IMG/VR virus record: IMGVR_UViG_3300034355_001008
Reading direction: 5' to 3' (one strand)
DNA: 60,152 nt
DNA from: a virus
Taxonomy: Duplodnaviria; Heunggongvirae; Uroviricota; Caudoviricetes
The position numbers and the translations under genes are program-made. Positions 8,718-17,821 of this stretch are shown here, piece by piece. The notes beneath the pieces are model-generated. The model had not been told where the DNA came from. It worked only from the letters and a program-made list of their open reading frames with translations, and ran no database searches. How positions within the stretch are numbered: position 1 is the stretch's first letter; each line of letters opens with the position of its first letter.

Positions 8718-10716
8718 ATTAAAAGCATTATTAAGTCCTTATTGGGCATTGGTAACTCTACTGCTAGTTTTAGCAGTAAGGGTTGCCGATCCATCATTTG
8801 TTGAATCGATTCGTCTTCGCTATTTCGACACATTAATTACATCTAAAGCTCCAACAGAAAATAATGTTTATACAGTTAACATTGATGAAGCAGCATTAGA
8901 TAAGTATGGTCAATGGCCATTTAAACGCGATTTTTATGCAGATACAATTGAAACATTATATTTACATAATGCAGGATTAGTTGTATTTAATGTTTTAATG
9001 AGCGAAACTGACCGTTTAGGCGGAGATGATAAATTAGAACAAACTTTAAAAGTATTACCTGTTATTTTACCTAGTGTTCCTGCTGGTAAAACTAAAAATA
9101 CTCCAAAGAATCCTGGATCGGTAATTTTAAATCCAGAATATCAAGATAAAATAGTTAGCTATCCTGGAATTATTTCCAATATTTCTGCATTAGAAAATAG
9201 TTCTGCTGGTGTTGGAACTGTTAATACGCTACCGGAAATTGATGGAGTTAATCGCAGAGTTCCATTACTAACATCAGTTAACAATGTATTGTATCCATCA
9301 TTAAGTCTAGAAACGTTAAGAGTTCTTGCACAGGATACAACATTTCAAGTAAAACTAAATGAATTGGGTGTAGAAAAACTGCGCATTCCACAATTTGGTC
9401 CAGTTACAACAGATAGTCTAGGTAGAATCTGGATTGATTGGAGTCAAAAAAATCAAGCAGTAAGCATTACTGATATTCCTGCTGATTTTGGTGGAGCTGT
9501 GGTTATTGTTGGAACAACTGCTGCTGGTATTGTAAATCCATTATCAACACCAATTGGAGCAGTTTATCCGCAAGATGTTCAGGCGGCTGTTATTTCTACT
9601 ATGATTAATGGCGTAGTTATAGAACGTCCTGATTGGACAGATATGGCTGAAGCATTGGCTATATTCTTAGGAGGAGCCTTAGTTGTCGTTGGATCGCGCT
9701 GGACGTATGCATTTGTTCCGGTAATACTAACGTTAGGTGCAAGTCATTTCGCAGCTGCATGGGTCTTTAAGAGCTATAATATGCTCATTGACATTACAGC
9801 TTTTGTAATTGGAATTGCATTAGTTTACGGGCATGCATATACCGTTAAATTTCTTTCTGAATATTTACAAAAAGAGCAAATTAAAAAACAATTTGGCGGA
9901 TACGTTTCCCCTGTAATGGTTGAAAGATTACAAAAAAATCCAGATTTAATTAAATTAGGCGGAGAAAGAAAATTAATCTCCTCTGTTATGACGGATCTTC
10001 GCGGATTTACTACTTTAGGCGAATCATATGGTGATGATGTTGAGGGTTTAACTCAAATCATGAACGATTATATGACTGCTATTTCTGAACCTGTATTAAA
10101 AAATGATGGATGTATTATTAAATTTATTGGCGATGCAAGTTTACACATTCATGGTGCTCCATTAGATGATGAAAATCATGCGAAAGTTGCTGTTCAAACT
10201 GGATTAGAAATGGTTGAGGCTGTTACTCAATTTAATAAACAGTTAATTTCTCTGGGTAAACCTCCAGTTGGTATGGGTGTTGGTGTAAATTCTGGACCAA
10301 TTTTAATAGGTAACATTGGATCGAAATATAGATTCGGTTATGATGTACTAGGAGATACTGTATCATTAACTTCTAGATTAGAAGGGCAAACAAAAGGATA
10401 TGGCGTGTTACTAATCCTTGGGGAAACAACAGCTGAATTAGTTAAAGATGATTTTAAATTAGCAGAATTGGATTGCATTGCAGTTAAGGGTAAACATATT
10501 GGTGTAAAAATGTTTACAGTAGCCGAAACTTTACCTGCGCATCAACAATATTTGAATGCATATTATGCAGGAGATTGGGGATCTGCTAGAGTTATATGTA
10601 AACATTTAGCTGAACAACCTGGACCTCTACAACATTATTATGAATTAATGCTAGAAAGAATCTCAGGCGAATGTCCAGCTAACTGGGATGGCGTGTATCA
10701 TGCAACTTCCAAGTAA
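8701..10716 (+). CDS. CHASE2-domain class III adenylate/guanylate cyclase
   Basis: GQWPFKR CHASE2 region, three TM helices, TDLRGFT, IKFIGDA, GVNSG, GNIGS...YDVLGDTVSLTSRLE. Confidence 0.93.
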   Translation: MKIGSKLKALLSPYWALVTLLLVLAVRVADPSFVESIRLRYFDTLITSKAPTENNVYTVNIDEAALDKYGQWPFKRDFYADTIETLYLHNAGLVVFNVLMSETDRLGGDDKLEQTLKVLPVILPSVPAGKTKNTPKNPGSVILNPEYQDKIVSYPGIISNISALENSSAGVGTVNTLPEIDGVNRRVPLLTSVNNVLYPSLSLETLRVLAQDTTFQVKLNELGVEKLRIPQFGPVTTDSLGRIWIDWSQKNQAVSITDIPADFGGAVVIVGTTAAGIVNPLSTPIGAVYPQDVQAAVISTMINGVVIERPDWTDMAEALAIFLGGALVVVGSRWTYAFVPVILTLGASHFAAAWVFKSYNMLIDITAFVIGIALVYGHAYTVKFLSEYLQKEQIKKQFGGYVSPVMVERLQKNPDLIKLGGERKLISSVMTDLRGFTTLGESYGDDVEGLTQIMNDYMTAISEPVLKNDGCIIKFIGDASLHIHGAPLDDENHAKVAVQTGLEMVEAVTQFNKQLISLGKPPVGMGVGVNSGPILIGNIGSKYRFGYDVLGDTVSLTSRLEGQTKGYGVLLILGETTAELVKDDFKLAELDCIAVKGKHIGVKMFTVAETLPAHQQYLNAYYAGDWGSARVICKHLAEQPGPLQHYYELMLERISGECPANWDGVYHATSK

Positions 10717-11052
10717 TTAACACCCAGTATAAACGTTGTTAAACTCGACAATTGAATCATTTAATTCTTGATAAGTTTGATAAAAAATATTTGGTTTACA
10801 TGCGTAAAATTCACCCTGTATTCCTTTAATAATATAATCACCTTCTGTAGCGACATGGGCAATTTTATTTTTCCCATGTCCATCCTCTAGGGTTCCAATC
10901 TGCAACCATCCTTTGGCATCAGGATGCCTATCCTTTCCAGAGGCTATGAATTCGCTTCCAAGCCAATCTTTTAGTTCCTGAATACACTTATTGTTATATT
11001 CAAATTTAATCGCCTCAATGGTCACTGGGCGTTTCATATATTGTTTAATCAT
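10717..11052 (-). CDS. Conserved phage protein (KxPVxIEA...GDYIIKG...GEFY.CKP family), possible nucleotide-signal sponge
   Basis: KRPVTIEAI...EGDYIIKGIQGEFYACKPNIFYQTY; sponge role is recollection, unverified. Confidence 0.75.
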   Translation of the reverse strand: MIKQYMKRPVTIEAIKFEYNNKCIQELKDWLGSEFIASGKDRHPDAKGWLQIGTLEDGHGKNKIAHVATEGDYIIKGIQGEFYACKPNIFYQTYQELNDSIVEFNNVYTGC

Positions 11053-11284
11053 CTTCGAACACCGCTACGACTTCATCTTCTGAAACAACCCATAACTCTC
11101 CAGAAACATTTTTTGCTTTATTCCAATTCAAAAGAATAATGTCGCCCAATTTAAGTAATGTAACATCATGACCTAAGTTCATGACTTTTCCTTTTGTATT
11201 ATCTTCAGAGTTAACGCCATAAATTAAACCCTGATATTCCGCTTTTTGTTTTAAAACAAGAACGTTTTTTCCCAATACTTGCAT
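11045..11284 (-). CDS. groES: GroES-like co-chaperonin
   Basis: VLGKNVLV...GKVMNLG...LKLGDIIL...VVSEDEVVAVFE; 79 aa Cpn10 pattern. Confidence 0.8.
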   Translation of the reverse strand: MQVLGKNVLVLKQKAEYQGLIYGVNSEDNTKGKVMNLGHDVTLLKLGDIILLNWNKAKNVSGELWVVSEDEVVAVFEDD

Positions 11285-11304
11285 AATATTTTCCTATAGT
11301 TAAT

Positions 11305-11326
11305 AAAAGGGGATGTTTCCATCCCC
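11305..11326 (-). terminator. Intrinsic terminator after tmRNA
   Basis: GGGGATG-GAAA-CATCCCC followed by TTTT. Confidence 0.8.
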
Positions 11327-11645
11327 AAGCCGTTCTGTTTCCAAGTGGCTTAATCTCAGGCAATAGCTATCAAGCAGCTAAAGCCAGATTGTAAACGTCA
11401 TCGTTTGCATTTACTTTGTTTTATGCTGATTACGTCAGTCATCTCTCGTGTTGCCTTCTCTACTATCTCACCTGATCGAAACCATGACAGCCCCATCAAA
11501 AACATACTATTTGAGTCTTTAAACTCGATCACCATTCAGTAGATTACCGCGAATAGTCTACCTTCTGAGTCTAATATGTTTATGGTGAAGCTGGAGGGAT
11601 TCGAACCCTCGTCTCAGATGCCTTCATTTTGAAGGAGTTACAACA
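11327..11645 (-). ncRNA. ssrA: Circularly permuted (two-piece) tmRNA, tag ANDDVYNLALAA
   Basis: Acceptor piece ending GAGGGTTCGAATCCCTCCAGCTTCACCA (at 11583) precedes coding piece starting GGGGCTG (11494); tag frame 11408-11370; helix-2 pairings between pieces. Confidence 0.92.
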
Positions 11646-11959
11646 ATTCAGTTACTTTCCTGAGAAAGTTTACACAGTTTGCGCTTTAATAATAAAAGTT
11701 CAATAGTATTATCAAGCGTTTTTCTATAATTTAATATTTCTACTTTTTTCTTTAGTGAAAGATTATTAAAGTTTCTTCTTGTTACTGGCCAAATCTCACC
11801 ATTCATCTAGGTTTTCCTAGATTTAGCAGTACAACCAAAAAGAAAACAATTAATGCTAATTCAGAAATTTTAATCGCTATAGCTGGAACTGCCATTAATA
11901 ATAAAAAAAATAATACAACGCCTAATATAAATTTTTCAATTAGTTTCATAATTTAACCT

Positions 11960-12010
11960 TATAAATAGTTGTAGATCGCGGAATTGCAGTTCCCATCTAC
12001 TCTAATCATT
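11960..12010 (+). promoter_or_regulatory. Late promoter plus conserved structured leader, copy A
   Basis: TATAAATA; GTAGAT-CGC-GGAA-loop-TTCC-C-ATCTAC-TCTAATCATT. Confidence 0.8.
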
Positions 12011-12032
12011 CAACATTAATAAAGGAATTAAC

Positions 12033-12749
12033 ATGACCAGCACAAATACTTATACTGTTCAAACAGCACTTAACTTTTATATTTACGCATATATACGAGA
12101 AAAAGATTCAATAACTGCTAAAGCAGGAACTCCTTATTATATTGGAAAAGGATCAGGTAATAGAGCATATAGTAAACATCATTTTAAAATCCCATCAGAC
12201 AAATCTTTAATAGTTATAATTGAATCAAATTTAACTGAACTTGGAGCATTTGCCCTCGAAAGAAAATATATTAGATGGTTTGGTAGAAAAGATTTAAAAA
12301 CTGGAATTTTAATTAATTGCACTGATGGCGGTGATGGAATTTCCGGATTTAATCATTCGAATAAAACTAAAATGTTATTATCGGAAATAACTGCATCAAA
12401 AGAAATGCAATCAAAAATTAAAAACACCAAACGAATAAAATATAATAATGAAAATTTTAATAACATTAATAAAATACAATCTACTCTGCAAGAAAAATAT
12501 GGTGTTAATAATATTTCGCAATTAACTGAAACAAAAAATAAAAAGATAAAAAAGTCATTAGAAAAATATGGTGTTGATAATATTTCTAAATCTCCGGTAA
12601 TTAAAGAGAAAAAACGTCAAACATTATTAGAAAGAACTGGTTACGACCACCCACAAAAAATTCCATTTTTATCTGTAATAGAAAATAAAAAAACTTATAC
12701 TAAATCTATTGTAACTAGATATTATCCAGAATTTAAACAATATTATTGA
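12033..12749 (+). CDS. GIY-YIG-like homing endonuclease
   Basis: FYIYAY...[11 protein letters not shown]...ALERKYI...DGGDG; C-terminal KYGVxNIS repeats. Confidence 0.85.
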   Translation: MTSTNTYTVQTALNFYIYAYIREKDSITAKAGTPYYIGKGSGNRAYSKHHFKIPSDKSLIVIIESNLTELGAFALERKYIRWFGRKDLKTGILINCTDGGDGISGFNHSNKTKMLLSEITASKEMQSKIKNTKRIKYNNENFNNINKIQSTLQEKYGVNNISQLTETKNKKIKKSLEKYGVDNISKSPVIKEKKRQTLLERTGYDHPQKIPFLSVIENKKTYTKSIVTRYYPEFKQYY

Positions 12750-13331
12750 TTAAGAAGGGTAAAGTAACATAAGAGCGTCTAATATAACATCGTCTTGAGG
12801 GCGATGTTTAACAACCACATTTCGATCCCATGTTCCAGGATAAGTTTCTGGATTAATATCACAATAACCGCGAGTGGATTTAGTAGCAGCCAAATCAACA
12901 TATGTTCTCATATCTCGATAATTTGAATATTGCATAATTGGCTCATCGCCAGTTGCTTTACATAAACTATCTATAACAACCTGATCCAAACTGCCTCGAG
13001 TCCAGATTAACGTAGTTTTTGGGTCGCAATGAGAAGCAATATAATTTCTAATACAAGCAATTGCTTGTTTAGCTGGTAAATCTTTTTCACTTGGATAAAA
13101 ACTTTGTTTCTTAGCTAAATCACATTGTTTATTCCACCAAGTAATGGTATCTTTTTCGGTAACGCGATTGTATTGTTTAACTTGTTCTTTTACATTAAAT
13201 TTAACAAACAAGGTATTTGCATATAACGATTCCCATGTATTTTTTTCAGCGGGATTTAAATAAACAATAGCAGCAGATAAAATAACTGAATTAGATTCAG
13301 CTCCAAGCGTTTCTACATCATAGACCAACAT
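12750..13331 (-). CDS. dexA: DexA-like 3'-5' exonuclease
   Basis: YDVETLG, WW..Q, WTRGSLD, RDMRT, H...DDVILD (DEDDh). Confidence 0.8.
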   Translation of the reverse strand: MLVYDVETLGAESNSVILSAAIVYLNPAEKNTWESLYANTLFVKFNVKEQVKQYNRVTEKDTITWWNKQCDLAKKQSFYPSEKDLPAKQAIACIRNYIASHCDPKTTLIWTRGSLDQVVIDSLCKATGDEPIMQYSNYRDMRTYVDLAATKSTRGYCDINPETYPGTWDRNVVVKHRPQDDVILDALMLLYPS

Positions 13332-13345
13332 AATAACTCCAGAAA

Positions 13346-13813
13346 TTAAACACTATTATTTTTTTGTAATCTCGCTAAATCTCCATCCATCATAGAAAGT
13401 TTTTTAGTTCGTTGCGTATCTTTAATTAATTCGTTAATTAACAGAGAAGATAATTTAATCAATTCTTTTGTTTGAGGCTCATCTAATTGATTATTGTTAA
13501 ACCCATTAAGAAGTTTTCCATATTTTGCTAATGGCGTTTTTAATTTTGGGTTTGTATAATTTATTTTCATTTCTTTTTCTATTAATCTAAGGTGATAATA
13601 TTCCGGAGCATCTTTGATTTTAAGCGGAAATCCATTAGCATTCCATATAATTGGATAACGATAATTTCCAAACAAAACTACTCCTAAGATTTTATCATTA
13701 AGAGTATCGCTAATTTCAAATTTATGTCCAGCCGCAACCACTATAGTTTTATTTATAGTATCTGGAGTAATTAAATCGATAATTCTTTTAGAGGTGTTCA
13801 ATTTTAACTCCAT
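13346..13813 (-). CDS. Hypothetical protein
   Basis: 155-aa ORF coupled to neighbours. Confidence 0.65.
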   Translation of the reverse strand: MELKLNTSKRIIDLITPDTINKTIVVAAGHKFEISDTLNDKILGVVLFGNYRYPIIWNANGFPLKIKDAPEYYHLRLIEKEMKINYTNPKLKTPLAKYGKLLNGFNNNQLDEPQTKELIKLSSLLINELIKDTQRTKKLSMMDGDLARLQKNNSV

Positions 13814-14174
13814 CGTTATCCAAAAATGCTTTAAATAGATATTTTCTATCTTCTTTTTTAACTAAATTTAATTTAATAGCAATTTGAGTTGCAAACTGCC
13901 ATTTAATAAAGTAATCCGGTTTAGCAGTAATTAAAATATTAAACTCACCAATTCTAAACGCTACCATGTCGTCATCTGAATATGTTACATCAGCTCCGCA
14001 TTTAGAATCAACTGTATGCTCTGCTTCCCACTTTTCAATATTATCGACCAATATCATAATATCGATATCATTATACGGTTCTGTTGGACAAATATATTTA
14101 GAGCCTGTGTATAATACTTCTTTTGCTTCGGCAATTATTTGTTTAATATATTCTGGAAGATCTTCTTGAATCAT
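13788..14174 (-). CDS. Putative minimal nucleotidyltransferase-fold protein
   Basis: TGS...NDIDIMIL resembles the Pol-beta GS/DxD motif. Confidence 0.5.
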   Translation of the reverse strand: MIQEDLPEYIKQIIAEAKEVLYTGSKYICPTEPYNDIDIMILVDNIEKWEAEHTVDSKCGADVTYSDDDMVAFRIGEFNILITAKPDYFIKWQFATQIAIKLNLVKKEDRKYLFKAFLDNDGVKIEHL

Positions 14175-15472
14175 AATAAATCCTCTAATGAATTAGCTGT
14201 AGTTTTATCGTCTCTAATTCCATCAAAAATTGGTAAGAATAATGACTTTTTATCAGAGCCTTTGCTTGAAATAATACAGTTATATTTTACCTGAATGATT
14301 TTACCAACATATGATTCTGGATTATCGCGTTCGCCTTGTTTATGTTTAAATCCGCTACCAACATTCACTTCTAATTGACCGCATGAAGTTTGACAAAGCA
14401 ACGATCCAAGCATACCATCGAATTGAGTTCCAGGAGTTCCTAAAGTAAACCCAATCACTAACAAATCTACAGGATCTTCCGCTTTGAGCTTTAATTGATA
14501 CTTGGAGCGTTTTGCTTCCCAGATACCATTAATTGATTTGAGGATGCAACCTTCTTCGCCGCGATCTAAATTGCGTTGATATTTCTCCATTACTTCTTCA
14601 CGAGAATTAACAATTTCAGTTTCAACTAATTGTAATTTGTTATCAAAACTTGTTGATAATTCTTGTAAAGTAGCAAGTCTTTGGTTATATGGAATTTTAC
14701 TAACTTCTTTTAAAAAATCTTCATATGGAATGTAATCCCAAACAACAACATACAAACCTAATTCTTCTTCAGAAGTAATAGTTCCACGAACAGCTTTTGT
14801 TACATAACCATTTGATACTTTTCTTTCTGCTACTGTACCGTTTTGATGTAACCACATTAATTCACCATCAAGAATAAAACGATCTTTATTTGGTAGCGTT
14901 AAATTATCGAAACAAGAAATAGATAAAACGCTACCATTACGAGTTGTTGCTGATACAAATTTACCATCAGCAAATTCAAGGTTGATTCTTGATGAATCCA
15001 TTTTACACTGTAAGATCGCAGGATATTGGATATTTTTTTCAGTTTTTTCGTTGAATTTACCGCATAATAAAACAGGGTATTCTGGAATTAAATCTTTCCA
15101 AACTTTGTTAATTAGTTTAACGTTAACACCACATTTTAAATCGCGTTCAATAACTCGATATAAAACTTCTTGATCAAATTTCGTTAAATTATTTAATAGG
15201 CTACTAACGAATTCAATTGCAGCATTACCTGTTAATTTTCTATTCGCTATATTTTCAACCAATTCATTTAATGCTTTAGTTAAATCGCCTTTATGATATA
15301 CAGTAGAAAAGTAAGATGATTCTGAACGTTTTTTAATCCAAAATTTAATTCTAGGGTTATATGCTAATTCAAATACTAATCGTTTATCAGTATCATTTTT
15401 TGCTGATTCTAGGATAGCAAGTTTATCATTAGTGCTTGCAGTTTCAGCTAATAAGTTTAAAAAGTTTAACAT
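14171..15472 (-). CDS. gp30: ATP-dependent DNA ligase (T4 gp30-like)
   Basis: QCKMDSSR (variant of KxDGxR), ILDGEL, WDYIP, EEGCILK, KLK, OB-fold end SLFLPIFDGIRDDK. Confidence 0.93.
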   Translation of the reverse strand: MLNFLNLLAETASTNDKLAILESAKNDTDKRLVFELAYNPRIKFWIKKRSESSYFSTVYHKGDLTKALNELVENIANRKLTGNAAIEFVSSLLNNLTKFDQEVLYRVIERDLKCGVNVKLINKVWKDLIPEYPVLLCGKFNEKTEKNIQYPAILQCKMDSSRINLEFADGKFVSATTRNGSVLSISCFDNLTLPNKDRFILDGELMWLHQNGTVAERKVSNGYVTKAVRGTITSEEELGLYVVVWDYIPYEDFLKEVSKIPYNQRLATLQELSTSFDNKLQLVETEIVNSREEVMEKYQRNLDRGEEGCILKSINGIWEAKRSKYQLKLKAEDPVDLLVIGFTLGTPGTQFDGMLGSLLCQTSCGQLEVNVGSGFKHKQGERDNPESYVGKIIQVKYNCIISSKGSDKKSLFLPIFDGIRDDKTTANSLEDLL

Positions 15473-15528
15473 TTAATTATCCTCAAAATATTCATTATAG
15501 TTTATTATACTCTAAGAGTAATTTAATG

Positions 15529-16089
15529 TCAAGCACTTTCTTCATACCACGATGGAGTATTTCTACCATTTATTTTACCTTTCCAGCTAGCAATATGTCG
15601 TTTTTCTGTATTGTAATAGTTTCTATAGGATGCAATTGAATCCCCTGGAACAATACAATGAACTGGCATCGCAGGAGTCGGTTCAGTAAAAAGTTTTGTT
15701 GAAATATTAAATGGAGCATACTGTAATTTATCAACTAAACCAATTTGCTCGCATTTGTGTATTTTACCATAACGATAAGTGTATTCTTTACATAATTCCA
15801 CAAGTAAAGAATGAAGCCATTGATAATTTTCAAATCCATGGCGAACCCAAATAGCCGATGGGTGATTTATATGAGTTGCTGAATATAAAATATCGTCGTA
15901 AGAATTGTTAAGTTTCCATACTGTTTTTTTACGACCTGATGCAGAAAAACCTGCAGTTTCTACGCCATCTAGAACTCGATGAGCAGTAGAAAGCAACTGA
16001 CAATATTCTAAAATCATTTTAACAGCATGTTTGTCGACATGTTGCTGAGCGCATAATTTTTGATCATTATTAATGTAAAAAATATTCAT
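15529..16089 (-). CDS. Pyrimidine-dimer DNA glycosylase-like protein
   Basis: Likely start MNIFY at 16089; HVDKHAVKMILEYCQLLSTAH, THINHPSAIW, IASYRNYY. Confidence 0.75.
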   Translation of the reverse strand: MNIFYINNDQKLCAQQHVDKHAVKMILEYCQLLSTAHRVLDGVETAGFSASGRKKTVWKLNNSYDDILYSATHINHPSAIWVRHGFENYQWLHSLLVELCKEYTYRYGKIHKCEQIGLVDKLQYAPFNISTKLFTEPTPAMPVHCIVPGDSIASYRNYYNTEKRHIASWKGKINGRNTPSWYEESA

Positions 16090-16105
16090 AACAAACTCCA
16101 ATAAA

Positions 16106-16139
16106 AAAGGGCATACAGTTATTATACCGTATGCCCTTT
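16106..16139 (-). terminator. Terminator hairpin enclosing an early -10 box
   Basis: AAAGGGCATAC/GTATGCCCTTT 11-bp stem then T-run; TATAAT in the loop. Confidence 0.65.
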
Positions 16140-16155
16140 CTAATGTCAAGCACTT

Positions 16156-16428
16156 TTATTTAACGAATTCTCTTAACTGTACTGCAGTTAATAATCCGAC
16201 TTTTCTATTAATTTCTTCGCCATTTTCCACAACAATTAATGTAGGAACTCCACGAACTTTGTATTTAGCCGCTAATTCATAATCTTCATCAATGTCAATC
16301 TCTATGAGAGGAATCGCTGGTGGATTATTTTCAATAATTGATGTTAACACTTTACAAGGTGAGCACCAACTACTTTTAAAAACAATTAAAACTTTTTTAC
16401 TGTCTGTAATAACAAAATCTTTTGGCAT
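16156..16428 (-). CDS. Thioredoxin
   Basis: WCSPC active site, IDIDE, VRGVPTLI. Confidence 0.93.
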   Translation of the reverse strand: MPKDFVITDSKKVLIVFKSSWCSPCKVLTSIIENNPPAIPLIEIDIDEDYELAAKYKVRGVPTLIVVENGEEINRKVGLLTAVQLREFVK

Positions 16429-16441
16429 AAATTTTCCAAAT

Positions 16442-16498
16442 TATAAATAGTAAAAATGCTAGTCGCGGAACGCCACATTCCCACTAGCTCTAAACATT
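16442..16498 (+). promoter_or_regulatory. Late promoter plus conserved structured leader, copy C
   Basis: TATAAATA; GCTAGT-CGC-GGAA-loop-TTCC-C-ACTAGC-TCTAAACATT. Confidence 0.8.
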
Positions 16499-16524
16499 TC
16501 TAATATAATCTGAAGGAGACCATA

Positions 16525-17475
16525 ATGTCTAGCAATAATATTTATATCAATACTATTACAGAACTTTCTATTCAATCTCGCGGCGCAAATAAATATTTAA
16601 AATGGTATCTATCAATAATCGAAAGGGCACAAAATAGAAATTTAATCGATTATTTTGAACGTCATCATATAGTTCCCAGTTGTTTCTATATTAACAATAA
16701 AAGAAATACGAAAAACGGGTTTTTAACCAATAATCCAGAAAATATAAACAATTATATAGAATTAACTGCCGAAGAACATAAAGTAGTTCATTTGTTACTA
16801 ATAAAAATGTTTTCCCCTAAATTTATATTACACAAATCGTTAATATATTCAGCAATTAGAATGTCAAGCGATGCTCATGGTAATAGGATTAATAATAAAA
16901 CTTACGCTTGGTTACGAAAATTGCACTCTATTTCTATGTCAGGTAAAAATAACCCTTGTTATAATAGAATTTGGATAAATAACGGAATATCGCAGAAATA
17001 TATTTTATCCACAGAACCAATTTTAGATGGGTGGAATAAAGGTCAACTACTTAAAAATTTATCTAAAGAAAATAATCCAAACTATAAAAAGAAATGGATA
17101 AATAACGGAATTATAGAAAAATATGTAGAAGAAACTCATCAAATACCTAATGATTGGTATAAAGGTCGATTAAAATCTAAAATTCCTCCCTCCAGAACAG
17201 GAATGTCAAATTCTACAGAAACTCGTAAAAAGTTATCTTTAGCTATGACAGGGAAGAAAATGTCTAAAGAATTTTCTTCAATTTGTTCTGATAACCAATC
17301 AGAAGAATGGATTGTTATAGACCCATCCGGCAACTTTTTTAAAATTAAAAAATTAAATAATTTTTGTAAAAATAATAATTTAATTTATAGCACAGCTACG
17401 CAATCATATAGAAAAAATGAAATAACAACAACTGGAAAAAATGCTGGATGGAAATTTATTAAAATGAACTGTTAA
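16525..17475 (+). CDS. HNH-type homing endonuclease with WINNG and NUMOD3-like motifs
   Basis: ERHHIVP...LTAEEHKVVHLLL; two WINNG repeats; SxETRKKLS. Confidence 0.8.
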   Translation: MSSNNIYINTITELSIQSRGANKYLKWYLSIIERAQNRNLIDYFERHHIVPSCFYINNKRNTKNGFLTNNPENINNYIELTAEEHKVVHLLLIKMFSPKFILHKSLIYSAIRMSSDAHGNRINNKTYAWLRKLHSISMSGKNNPCYNRIWINNGISQKYILSTEPILDGWNKGQLLKNLSKENNPNYKKKWINNGIIEKYVEETHQIPNDWYKGRLKSKIPPSRTGMSNSTETRKKLSLAMTGKKMSKEFSSICSDNQSEEWIVIDPSGNFFKIKKLNNFCKNNNLIYSTATQSYRKNEITTTGKNAGWKFIKMNC

Positions 17476-17584
17476 AGTTTATTTGTATATTATATTACAA
17501 AATTAAATTATTAGCCATGTGTTTCCTTTAATTTAGTTAATAATGCATCAATATTATTTTCAATTAAAAAATTCATTTTTATCC

Positions 17585-17821
17585 TTAGTTAATTAAAATT
17601 GCATTAATTGGCATTTCTTCATCTTCTATATGATGTTCTGAAATAAACTCTCTAGCGCGTTTATCAAAATGACCTGCGCTTGGATTCCAATTAACAACAC
17701 CATAATCATTCCCTTCATCATCAATTGAATAGACAACTTCAGCATCAATTAATTCTGGTTGGTCACGTACTAATTCTTGTAAATTTTCTAAATATTCGCC
17801 TAATTTCATAATGTCTCTCAA
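17585..17821 (-). CDS. Hypothetical protein
   Basis: 78-aa ORF overlapping upstream stop. Confidence 0.6.
   Translation of the reverse strand: MRDIMKLGEYLENLQELVRDQPELIDAEVVYSIDDEGNDYGVVNWNPSAGHFDKRAREFISEHHIEDEEMPINAILIN

Noticed and set aside
14171-15472. DNA ligase as pseudogene because of KMDSSR
   Set aside because: Adenylated Lys and the other motifs are intact in an uninterrupted frame.
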